Part shown: positions 34,157 to 41,579 of the stretch, one piece after another | Numbering within the stretch: the stretch's first letter is position 1 | Layout: every line of letters begins with the position of its first letter | Source: a virus | Taxonomy: Duplodnaviria; Caudoviricetes | DNA length: 41,579 bases | Reading direction: 5' to 3' (one strand) | IMG/VR virus record: IMGVR_UViG_3300005662_000081 | Span: 1-41,579 of that record | Translations under genes and position numbers: made by a program | Notes under the pieces: model-generated | What the model saw: the letters and a program-made list of their open reading frames with translations, nothing else | What the model was told of the DNA's origin: nothing | The model's database searches: none

Positions 34157-35860
34157 TTAGTAGCAGCCGCCTCCTCGGGTGCGGAGGGAGGCGGGGTCTT
34201 CGTATTCGACGCCGGAGAGCGCAATATAGCGACAAATATCAATCCAATCTTTGGTGGCTCCGCGTTTGCCGTCGCTGCCGGTCCAGGTCTTGAGGGCGTA
34301 GATGAGGTTTTGGCAACGCTCGGAGATGTAGAGGCGGGGGGAGTTGAGGGCATCGACGGGGGCTTCGTCGTTGTAGGCGAGCCAGTCGTTGATGAGGGTG
34401 ACGCCCTCCACGATGGCTTGGCCGCTGGTGGCGCGGAAGTCGAGGCCGATGCGCTCGCTGCATTGCTCGATGAGGGTGCGCACGCCTTCGTGTGTCATGG
34501 TCGGCGTGTTGCCATAGCGGCTATCCATCCAACGCTCGGCGGGCTCGGCGGAGTCGGCTTTCTCGGCGGCTTCGATGAGGCGCTTGTAGTCCTCGAAGCC
34601 AAACCCGGCGCAGGCTTTTTGCGCTGGGCCGGGGCGTCCGTCTTGCAGTTTTCCATCGGCTTCGGCCCACGGGCCGGGGTAGCCGACGCCTTCGATGTAG
34701 TCGAGTTGGTCGGGGAACTCGCGGTAAATCCAGCACCGGCCATCGGGGGTGAATCGAATCCACAACATGGCCCAAGTTTTCCCTTCGCCGGGATCGACGA
34801 AATGGAAGACGGTTCCCGCTGTGGGAACTTTGTCGTGGGGGACGACATGCACATTCTCGCGGAATTTCGGGAACATGGACATCCGCGCTTTGGTGGGGAC
34901 GCCGTAGGCTCGCATCAAGATTCGCTCGCGGTTGCTGCCGCGCAGCTCGGTCTCCATGGCCTCGGGGTTTCCGTAAGGATTGTCGGAGGTGTGGAAATAA
35001 ACGACGCGGGCTTTTTCCCTGGTGCATTGCTGGATGCGGGGAACGCTCTCGACGCCGAGGAGGTGGCCGTCGCGGTAGCGGGGAAGGAGCGGGGCGGGGC
35101 ATTCCTCTAAAGTTTTCGCGCCATCGAGGTATTCTTTGACCGTCGTTGTGTAGCCTTCGACCGGCGTGAAGCCGATGCCGAGTTCGCCATCGCGGGTGAG
35201 CAAGCGGAAGCGCAGGGCTTCGAGCCAATCGGGGGTGACGAGTTCGTCGGCCCATACGAAATTCAACTCCGCGCCTTCGATGGAGGTGACATCCATCGAA
35301 TAGAACTTGAACCAGCATTGGGAGCCATTCGGCAGGACGAAGGAGTTTTCGGTGAAGCCGCCTTTCTGGGAGTAGGTGATGTTGGCGACGGCACCTTTTT
35401 TGAATTTGCCGCTGGCGCTGGGTTTCCACTCTTTCGGCAAATACTCCCACAGGTAAGGCTGCTGGTTTTGGATGCTGGCGGCTTCGGTGGATTGGAGGCA
35501 CCAGACTTTCGCGCCGGGCTTTTCGACAAGATGCTGCATGGCGCGGCGGGCGAAGTAGCGGGACTTGCCGGAGCGGTTGCCGCCGAGGATCAGGAGTTCG
35601 GTGACGCCTTTGGGGAATTTCTCGCGGAGGCTGTCGTAGGCGGAATCGGCTCGCTGCCAGGCGGGGTTCAGCCAGCCGTAGCGCCAAGGGTCTTCGACCA
35701 TGCGGGCGATCTGCTCCTCGCGCTCGCGGTGGATGGCGAGGAGTTGGGCCTCGGTGGCGGCGAGCTTTTGGCCTCGGTAGCGGACGACGAAACTGCCATC
35801 GGCGCGGCGGCCTTCGACTTCGATGGGGGGAATGACGGGGTTGGGGGTTTGGGGGATCAT
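34157..35860 (-). CDS. terL: Terminase large subunit
   Basis: Walker A GGNRSGKS, Walker B VWADE, FTP motif, RNase H-like FVDPG. Start ATG 35860. Confidence 0.92.
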   Translation of the reverse strand: MIPQTPNPVIPPIEVEGRRADGSFVVRYRGQKLAATEAQLLAIHREREEQIARMVEDPWRYGWLNPAWQRADSAYDSLREKFPKGVTELLILGGNRSGKSRYFARRAMQHLVEKPGAKVWCLQSTEAASIQNQQPYLWEYLPKEWKPSASGKFKKGAVANITYSQKGGFTENSFVLPNGSQCWFKFYSMDVTSIEGAELNFVWADELVTPDWLEALRFRLLTRDGELGIGFTPVEGYTTTVKEYLDGAKTLEECPAPLLPRYRDGHLLGVESVPRIQQCTREKARVVYFHTSDNPYGNPEAMETELRGSNRERILMRAYGVPTKARMSMFPKFRENVHVVPHDKVPTAGTVFHFVDPGEGKTWAMLWIRFTPDGRCWIYREFPDQLDYIEGVGYPGPWAEADGKLQDGRPGPAQKACAGFGFEDYKRLIEAAEKADSAEPAERWMDSRYGNTPTMTHEGVRTLIEQCSERIGLDFRATSGQAIVEGVTLINDWLAYNDEAPVDALNSPRLYISERCQNLIYALKTWTGSDGKRGATKDWIDICRYIALSGVEYEDPASLRTRGGGCY

Positions 35861-36063
35861 TTGACCACAGAGGACACAGAGGGCACAGAGGAGGATTTGA
35901 GTTCGGATTCGCGGAGGCTTAACCAGGTGATGGCTTTTCCCGAGTCGCCGACATCTTCGGGGGTGACGCATTCGTCGGAGATGATGCCGTGGTCTTGGAG
36001 GAGATTGAGGGCGTGGGTGGGATCGAAGCGGCGGGCGGTGAGGTAGTCGCGGAGTGAGTTCAT
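35857..36063 (-). CDS. Hypothetical protein (68 aa)
   Basis: MNSLRDYL...LQDHGIISDECV, with ATGA overlaps. Confidence 0.65.
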   Translation of the reverse strand: MNSLRDYLTARRFDPTHALNLLQDHGIISDECVTPEDVGDSGKAITWLSLRESELKSSSVPSVSSVVK

Positions 36064-36293
36064 GCGGTAACGAAGGCGGCGATGCGGTTGAGCCAGTCGG
36101 TGGATTGTTGTTTGGGTTTGGGTTTGGTGCGTTTGGGGGCGGGTTTTTTTGGCCAGGGATACCGGCCTTCGGCGGGCAATTCGCAGGTGTAAAAGCGGTG
36201 CCCGGCAGCGCACTCGCGCAGGCGGTGGACTTGATGGCCCTCCGCCCGGCAAGTGACAACGCCGGTCTCGGCTTGGCAGATGGGGCAGGTCAT
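36060..36293 (-). CDS. NrdR-N-like zinc-ribbon protein
   Basis: MTCPICQAETGV..R...RLRECAAGHRFYTCE. Confidence 0.7.
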   Translation of the reverse strand: MTCPICQAETGVVTCRAEGHQVHRLRECAAGHRFYTCELPAEGRYPWPKKPAPKRTKPKPKQQSTDWLNRIAAFVTA

Positions 36294-36499
36294 TTGGTGG
36301 CCTCTTGACGCATGATCACACGGAGCGCTTTGATGACGGCTGTGAGTTCTTCCACCTGGTCCCTCGCCTCGTCGCGCTCTTGCTTGAGATGGTTTGCCAA
36401 TTGTGTAAATACCTCCAAAGCCAGCTTCAAGGTGCGTTCGTTGTCAGTCTCGGGCGTAGCCTGCTCCGTGTTCTCTGTGTCCTCTGTGGTCAATTTCAT
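36290..36499 (-). CDS. Coiled-coil hypothetical protein (69 aa)
   Basis: TPETD...LKQERDEARDQVEEL. Confidence 0.6.
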   Translation of the reverse strand: MKLTTEDTENTEQATPETDNERTLKLALEVFTQLANHLKQERDEARDQVEELTAVIKALRVIMRQEATK

Positions 36500-36756
36500 A
36501 GATGGGGCTCGGGGGGATAGTCTTGGAAATGCCCGGCTTTGACGACGAGGCGGCGGGCGTTTTCCACCAGGTCGAAGAAGATTTCCTGCTCGGTGATGTC
36601 GCGGGAGTATTCGGGGGCGCGGACATAGGTGAGGATGTCGCGCAGGCTGGCGGCTAACTCGGTGGAGAGTCGGCAGGTATGCGCGACGCCGGGGTGGTCC
36701 TGCCACTCGCGGCGGCAGGCGGGACAGGCGATCTCGGGGTCAAGGGTGTTTTTCAT
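36496..36756 (-). CDS. Hypothetical protein with CxxC..H..C motif (86 aa)
   Basis: CPACRREWQDHPGVAHTC. Confidence 0.6.
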   Translation of the reverse strand: MKNTLDPEIACPACRREWQDHPGVAHTCRLSTELAASLRDILTYVRAPEYSRDITEQEIFFDLVENARRLVVKAGHFQDYPPEPHL

Positions 36757-37037
36757 TGGGTGACGCTGGGTTGAATGTAAGTTGCCCATTTGGAATGATC
36801 ACTGGGCAGTTCGATTTGCTTTTCTGGCTGCTTGGTGGGCGGTTCGGGGAATGGTGCCCAGTGGACGACTTGGGATTCGATGCGGTCGCCGGAGACGAAT
36901 CGCCAGACTTCGCCATCGTGGAAGCCGGTCCAGACTTCGCCATCGGCGAGGTGGACGAGGACGGTGATGTCGCTATCGGGCAGGCCGCGCTTGGCAGGCG
37001 ACCAGGTGATGATGGAGTTGGTTTCGGTGTTTTTCAT
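36753..37037 (-). CDS. DUF551-like protein
   Basis: W...LPD...VLV...GFHDG..W...VVHWAPFPEPP. Confidence 0.7.
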   Translation of the reverse strand: MKNTETNSIITWSPAKRGLPDSDITVLVHLADGEVWTGFHDGEVWRFVSGDRIESQVVHWAPFPEPPTKQPEKQIELPSDHSKWATYIQPSVTQ

Positions 37038-38398
37038 TTCTGCCTTTCGTTCTGGTTGTTGCTGTATTGTTTTTCGGTGACATTGCGGAAGACGGTGTGC
37101 TGGCCGATGAAGTTGAGTTTGATCTCGGGGGTGGGGCCGTTTCTTTGTTTTGCCAAGATGAGCAGGGTGTTGTGATCCATGGGCTCTTCGTCGGCGTCGC
37201 GTTTTTTGTTTTTATCCAGGCGGTGAATCAACAAAACGGTGTCGGCGTCTTGCTCGATGCTGCCGCTCTCGCGGAGGTTGGAGAGCTTGGGCTTGCTGCC
37301 TTCGTCGGCGTCGCGGTTGAGCTGGGCAAGGGCGATGATGGGGATGTTTAACTCTTTGGCGGTGGTCTTGATGGCTTTGCTGATCTCGCTGACTTCGAGG
37401 GCGCGGCTCTCCCCTGCCCTCTTGCTGCTGCCGTGCATGAATTGGAGGTAGTCGACGACGATGAGGCCGAGGCCGTGCTGGGTCTTGGCGCGGCGGGCGC
37501 GGGAGCGGAATTGGGCGACGGTGAGGCCGGGGGTGTCGTCGAGGTAGAGCTTGGCCTGGGCGAGGCGACCGGCGGCGGCTCCGACGCCGGAGAGCTGGGC
37601 GGTGCCGAGAAAGCCGTCGCGGATGCGCTGGAGATCGACCCCGGCTTCGGAGCAGAGGGCGCGGACCATGAGTTCGGTGCTGGGCATTTCGACGGAGAAG
37701 ACGAGGGTGGGCACGGCGGCTTCCATGGCGGCGTGGAGGGCGAATTGCATCCCGAGGGCGGATTTGCCGCAGGCGGGGCGGGCGGCGATGATGATCATCT
37801 GGCCGCCGAGGAATCCGCCGGTGGAGCGGTCGAGGTCGTGGATGCCGGTGGAAAGGCCGACGCATTGGCCTCGGTTGGCATACACCTTTTCGATGTGATC
37901 GACGGCGGCGAGGACGGCGGTCTTGCAATGGGAGACGGGGTTTTCCCTGGTGCTTTGCTCGCGGAGGCCGTAGAGGGCGACTTCGCAGCGTTCCATGGCG
38001 TCGTCGGTGGTGAGGGCGGGGTCGTTGGCGGCTTCGGCCATGGCGAGGGCGGCTTGGCGCATGGAGCGGCGTCGCCAGATGTCGAGGACTTCGGCGGCGT
38101 AGTAGCGCCAGTTGGCCGTGACGGCGAGGTCTTGGACGAGATCGGTGAGCCCCTGATGGCCGCCGCACTCTTCGAGCTGGCCGAGTTTTTCCAACTCGGT
38201 GGTGACCAAGATGAGATCGACGGGCCGGGCCTCCTGACGCATGGTGGCGAGGCAGGAGAGGATGAGGCGGTGGGCGGGGTGCGTGAGCTGGTCGGGGCTC
38301 ACGACTTCGAGGACGGCATCGGCGTGGCGGCCATCGGCGATGGCGGCTCCGAGGACGGCCCGCTCGGCGAGGAGGTTTTCGGGTAGGGAGTTTTTCAT
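37034..38398 (-). CDS. dnaB: Replicative DNA helicase
   Basis: AERAVLGA, AARPACGKS, VVDYLQ, AQLNR, LRESGSIEQDAD, KQRNGP. Confidence 0.96.
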   Translation of the reverse strand: MKNSLPENLLAERAVLGAAIADGRHADAVLEVVSPDQLTHPAHRLILSCLATMRQEARPVDLILVTTELEKLGQLEECGGHQGLTDLVQDLAVTANWRYYAAEVLDIWRRRSMRQAALAMAEAANDPALTTDDAMERCEVALYGLREQSTRENPVSHCKTAVLAAVDHIEKVYANRGQCVGLSTGIHDLDRSTGGFLGGQMIIIAARPACGKSALGMQFALHAAMEAAVPTLVFSVEMPSTELMVRALCSEAGVDLQRIRDGFLGTAQLSGVGAAAGRLAQAKLYLDDTPGLTVAQFRSRARRAKTQHGLGLIVVDYLQFMHGSSKRAGESRALEVSEISKAIKTTAKELNIPIIALAQLNRDADEGSKPKLSNLRESGSIEQDADTVLLIHRLDKNKKRDADEEPMDHNTLLILAKQRNGPTPEIKLNFIGQHTVFRNVTEKQYSNNQNERQK

Positions 38399-38673
38399 AA
38401 ATTGTAATCTCTTTTCCCTGTGTAGTTCTCGGAATACTGAGCCGTTTGCCGCATAACATGGCTGTCGCGCTGACGCTCCATCAGCAAGCGCATGGTTTCT
38501 AACGAGATTTCACAATCAATCTCGCACTCAACATCTGGAATCCCCTCCATTTTTTGAATTTGCAGATTTTGTATTTTGAGTCCGTTAATCGCTGATATAT
38601 CAAGCAGTCGCTTCAAAAGTTTGTAAACATCCTGCAAACACTCTGCGCGAAATTTTATTTTCATTGGTTTCAT
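38395..38673 (-). CDS. Hypothetical protein, AT-rich (92 aa)
   Basis: Low-GC ORF coupled to both neighbours. Confidence 0.65.
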   Translation of the reverse strand: MKPMKIKFRAECLQDVYKLLKRLLDISAINGLKIQNLQIQKMEGIPDVECEIDCEISLETMRLLMERQRDSHVMRQTAQYSENYTGKRDYNL

Positions 38674-38999
38674 CAGGCGGCGAGGGCGGCGAGCTTGGGC
38701 GAGGCGGCGGCAGTGGCGATTTTCAAATCCGCGCCGAAGCCGAGGAGGTGGAAGACTTTGACAAAGACGGTGGGGTTCGTCTCATAGCCGATGAGTCGGT
38801 GCTGGATGGCGTCGGACTCAGTGAGGATGGGCTGGCCATTCTCGTCGTAAATGGTCTCGTAGAGAGGTTCTTCGACGGGGCGGGCGGTGTAGATGCCGAC
38901 TTGCCAGCGGAGGAAATCATTCACGCAATCGGGGTAATGGCGGGTGACGACGCGGGGGCCGTCGGTGGCTTCTTGGATGGTTTCGATGTAGTTGATCAT
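38673..38999 (-). CDS. Hypothetical protein (108 aa)
   Basis: ORF in the replication operon. Confidence 0.65.
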   Translation of the reverse strand: MINYIETIQEATDGPRVVTRHYPDCVNDFLRWQVGIYTARPVEEPLYETIYDENGQPILTESDAIQHRLIGYETNPTVFVKVFHLLGFGADLKIATAAASPKLAALAA

Positions 39000-39015
39000 G
39001 TTGTTTTTGTTTTGT

Positions 39016-39927
39016 TTAGGCTGCGGAAAGTTCGCGTTGTTTTTCGCGGACCCAGGCTTTCATGCTGTCGGGGAGTGCGGCCCAGGTGGTGAGGTTGCAT
39101 TCGGGGTGCTCGGACTCGATAAGGTCGCGCCAGCCAGTGGGTTCGACGGGGGCGGAGGGGGCGGCGCTGGGGCGGTAGCCAGAGCGGGCGGCCCACTCGC
39201 CGGAGCGGGTGACTTCGGCGAGGAGGTTATTCAGAAGGGTGGATAAATCCTTGCGGCGGAACTGCGCGGCCACGCCTTCTTTTTGGCGGTAGGCCCATTC
39301 GAGGGTGCGCCACTCGTCTTCGGTGAGGGCCGCCGCGCTTTTTTTATTTTTCTCCCAAGCTCGGAGGGAGGAGGTATCGAGCGGGGTGGAGTCTCGAAGG
39401 TTGAAGAGATTTCGGATTCGTGTCAGGAGAGGGTCGGGCGTTGCTGGGGCGGAAGTCTCGCCTTCGAGCAAAAGAGTTTCTCCTTCTCTTTCAATTTCTC
39501 TTTCTCCTTCTCTTTCTATTGTAGCTTCCAAGGAGCTACCAAGCCCCTTCGGGCATGGAGAGATTTCGGGATATTCTTTCAGAATCAAAAGGCAGACTTC
39601 TTCGGGGACATTCTCCATTTGCTTGCGGATGCTTTTTGCCATGTGAGAACGCACAAGCGACTGCCCGAAACCGAATTGCTTGCGAATATAGTTGCGGCAC
39701 CAGACCCCGCGCTCGGTGCGAACGAAGCCCCTCGGAAGCCCCTTGCAAGCTCCTTCGATGACATCGAAAGGGGCTTCGATGTCACGGGAGAACTTCCGAG
39801 GGGTGATCTCGACATAGCCGAGGAGGTTGACTTTGGTGAGAACCCAGAAGACGGCGAGCTTTTCGCTGTCGTGGAGTTCCATGAAATCGGGGTCGTCCCA
39901 GATTTCGCTTTCGATTTTTGCGTTCAT
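39016..39927 (-). CDS. Replication initiator (lambda O / replisome organizer-like)
   Basis: IESEIWDDPDFMEL...KL N-terminus, EREGEREIEREGE linker, upstream of dnaB. Confidence 0.75.
   Translation of the reverse strand: MNAKIESEIWDDPDFMELHDSEKLAVFWVLTKVNLLGYVEITPRKFSRDIEAPFDVIEGACKGLPRGFVRTERGVWCRNYIRKQFGFGQSLVRSHMAKSIRKQMENVPEEVCLLILKEYPEISPCPKGLGSSLEATIEREGEREIEREGETLLLEGETSAPATPDPLLTRIRNLFNLRDSTPLDTSSLRAWEKNKKSAAALTEDEWRTLEWAYRQKEGVAAQFRRKDLSTLLNNLLAEVTRSGEWAARSGYRPSAAPSAPVEPTGWRDLIESEHPECNLTTWAALPDSMKAWVREKQRELSAA
39478..39778. other. Putative replication origin (iterons inside the initiator gene)
   Basis: 11-mers GAAGCCCCTCG / GAAGCCCCTTG / CAAGCTCCTTC in tandem at 39724-39756, an inverted copy near 39766-39777, another at 39540-39550, and a pyrimidine tract at 39478-39520. 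Confidence 0.55.
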
Positions 39928-39929
39928 AA

Positions 39930-40097
39930 TTAGTAGTTGCCGAAGCGGCGTTTTTTCTTTTTTGAGGGGGGGGTGTTTTTTTCGATCCAGCGGCGGCAGG
40001 CGGCGTCTATGTCGCGGCCACCGCCCGTGAGCTTCCAACCGGCCCGGGCGTCGCGGTCGTCGAGGACTTCGAGAAATTCTTGGCCGTTTTTTTTCAT
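39930..40097 (-). CDS. Small basic hypothetical protein (55 aa)
   Basis: MKKNGQEFLEV...KKKKRRFGNY. Confidence 0.55.
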   Translation of the reverse strand: MKKNGQEFLEVLDDRDARAGWKLTGGGRDIDAACRRWIEKNTPPSKKKKRRFGNY

Positions 40098-40663
40098 AAA
40101 ATGGTGGGGGCGGGCAGGCGGTCGATGAGGCGGCGGAGGCAGGCCGTGGTCATGAGGGCGTCTTCCAAGGCGTTGTGGATGGCGCTGGATCGGGAGAAGC
40201 CCATGGCGGCGGCGATGTGGTCGAGGCTGAGGCGGGGCAGGCCGTCCTTGCCCTCGGGGAGCGGGAGCCTCCCGGCCTCGTAGGCGAGCCAGGCGGCGGC
40301 TTGGAGGTCGATGCTCTTGTGCATGGGCCAGGTCATGCCGTGGCGGGCGAATCCGGCGCGGAGGAAGTCGCGGTCGAAGGCGACATTGCACCCGGCGAGG
40401 ATGCTGAATCGGCGTTGGTGCAGCCAGAGGGCGAGGTCTTGGAGGACATCGCGCTCGGGGCGTCCGTTTTTTTCCAGAAATTCGAGGGTGAAGCCGTTCT
40501 TGGCGAGGGCTTCGGGCTCGGTGATCCAATCGGCGTGGGGGCGGATGAGGCCGACAAATGCCTCCCCATCCGTGCTATCCACGGCGGCGACGCTCAGGAG
40601 GGCGTGGCGCTCGGGATCGAGGCCCCCGGTCTCAGTATCTATGACGACAAGACGGGACTTCAT
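40094..40663 (-). CDS. DEDDh 3'-5' exonuclease (DnaQ-like)
   Basis: VIDTETGGLDP, NVAFDRDFL, HNALEDA. Start ATG 40663. Confidence 0.9.
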   Translation of the reverse strand: MKSRLVVIDTETGGLDPERHALLSVAAVDSTDGEAFVGLIRPHADWITEPEALAKNGFTLEFLEKNGRPERDVLQDLALWLHQRRFSILAGCNVAFDRDFLRAGFARHGMTWPMHKSIDLQAAAWLAYEAGRLPLPEGKDGLPRLSLDHIAAAMGFSRSSAIHNALEDALMTTACLRRLIDRLPAPTIL

Positions 40664-40806
40664 GCGGACCTCCTTGCGCGGCGGGCGCGAAAGGCAGCCA
40701 AGAACGAGGCAGCGGTGATGCGGGGGGATTGTTTTTCGAGAAATCGGCGGAACAAGGCCACGGATTCCGAGGCGGTGGAGTAGAGAACAACGGGTTGTTT
40801 TTTCAT
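40660..40806 (-). CDS. Hypothetical protein (48 aa)
   Basis: ATGA overlaps on both sides. Confidence 0.5.
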   Translation of the reverse strand: MKKQPVVLYSTASESVALFRRFLEKQSPRITAASFLAAFRARRARRSA

Positions 40807-41081
40807 AAAATCGAGGGAAATGGTTCGACAACAAGTGGATCGTCGGTGCGACGCACACGGACGACGGCGTTTTTTTTGAAGCAATGGGCGAGGCGGAGCG
40901 GAACGCGCATCCGCACCCGCGAGAAGCCCCCCACCCCATCGGGAACAGAGAGAGTGAGGAACTGCTTGTTGATCTCATGCCCAATGAGGCGGGCGGTGAT
41001 GTATTCCGGCGCGGGAGGCGTCGGCGTATCCTGAGCCATAGCAGGCTCCGGCGCGGCGTTTTTTTTATTTTTAGTGCTCAT
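40803..41081 (-). CDS. Hypothetical protein (92 aa)
   Basis: Beta-rich ORF with ATGA overlaps. Confidence 0.6.
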   Translation of the reverse strand: MSTKNKKNAAPEPAMAQDTPTPPAPEYITARLIGHEINKQFLTLSVPDGVGGFSRVRMRVPLRLAHCFKKNAVVRVRRTDDPLVVEPFPSIL

Positions 41082-41579
41082 GGTAGGGTTGATGAATCCG
41101 AAGCGTCCTGCGGGGCATCAGAGACCCCTTTGTCAAAAATTTTCTGTGCACCCAAACCAGTGGGTTGTGATGGGGGGGCCTCGAAATTCTCGACCCCCTC
41201 CCCCCCCTCCTGATCGACCGCCACGGCCTCGGCCTCGACCGGCTCGACACCGGCGGCGACGGGTGAAGTGGCGGACAAAGTGGCGGACATCGCCGAGCCT
41301 TTATCTTCAAACGAGGCTAGACCTTCTGATAACGAATCAGAGCCAAGCCCGGCAGGCATCGAGCCAGGCAGGGCATCGGTCCCCTTTTGTTCCGGCGCGG
41401 CCTCGCTTGGACCGGTTAGCGGGACGACCTCGGCCTCGAGGACCGGCAGGCTGGCCAGCATTTCGGCCAGCTTGTCCTGGTTGACCTCGACCCGCTCGAC
41501 GCGGGCGGTAGCCTCACCGCTGAGGAGCTGGAGTTTGTCCACCATGACAGCCGCCACGATGGCGGCATCCTTGGCGTTG
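41078..41579 (-). CDS. 3' part of the same HTH/TerS-like gene (second allele)
   Basis: The ORF-track 41078-41557 protein is the C-terminal half of the 744-start ORF. Confidence 0.65.
   Translation of the reverse strand, partial: NAKDAAIVAAVMVDKLQLLSGEATARVERVEVNQDKLAEMLASLPVLEAEVVPLTGPSEAAPEQKGTDALPGSMPAGLGSDSLSEGLASFEDKGSAMSATLSATSPVAAGVEPVEAEAVAVDQEGGEGVENFEAPPSQPTGLGAQKIFDKGVSDAPQDASDSSTLP
41252..41579 (+). repeat. Terminal direct repeat, right copy
   Basis: Matches 1-328 as described for the left copy. Confidence 0.95.

Larger units (their letters stand above)
1..41579. mobile_element. Complete temperate tailed phage (podovirus-like), circular assembly, unit length about 41251 bp
   Basis: Has TerL, portal, capsid, nozzle, large ejection proteins, integrase with attP, DnaB and lysis genes. 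No tape measure or sheath gene seen. The ends overlap. Confidence 0.93.

Noticed and set aside
35861-36259. N-terminal extension of TerL to 700 aa
   Set aside because: It overlaps two better ORFs with ATGA coupling; ATG 35860 fits better.

Overview
The window looks like one complete, circularly closed temperate podovirus-type phage genome of about 41.25 kb. Positions 1-328 repeat 41252-41579, but imperfectly. Host-type repeats and the tRNA fragment suggest a Verrucomicrobia/PVC-like host, which is inference only. Layout: a divergent pair of ribbon-helix-helix regulators (1.2-1.85 kb); a rightward lysogeny/early region with a membrane protein, a lipoprotein, ArdA and small genes, three of them preceded by the same hairpin repeat; attP (3' half of tRNA-Arg(ACG)) with arm repeats; and a tyrosine integrase. 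Almost everything else is one long leftward arm: Xis-like and HTH/TerS-like genes, DnaQ-like exonuclease, initiator, DnaB, TerL, scaffold, capsid, portal, adaptor, fibres, lysis genes, a metallophosphoesterase, nozzle and ejection proteins up to 2180 aa. The most notable observations are: (1) a second att-like site with an exact 26-bp arm duplicate and the same arm-to-core spacing, hidden in a coding sequence; (2) putative modifying enzymes (GNAT-like, PP-loop, CxxCxxCC) around an ejection protein, one encoded in an overlapping frame with no ATG; (3) a repeat-delimited early gene array; (4) several dispersed short-repeat families at late-gene starts; (5) a strand-skew domain that ignores gene orientation. 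All product calls come from motif recognition by eye. No database searches were run.
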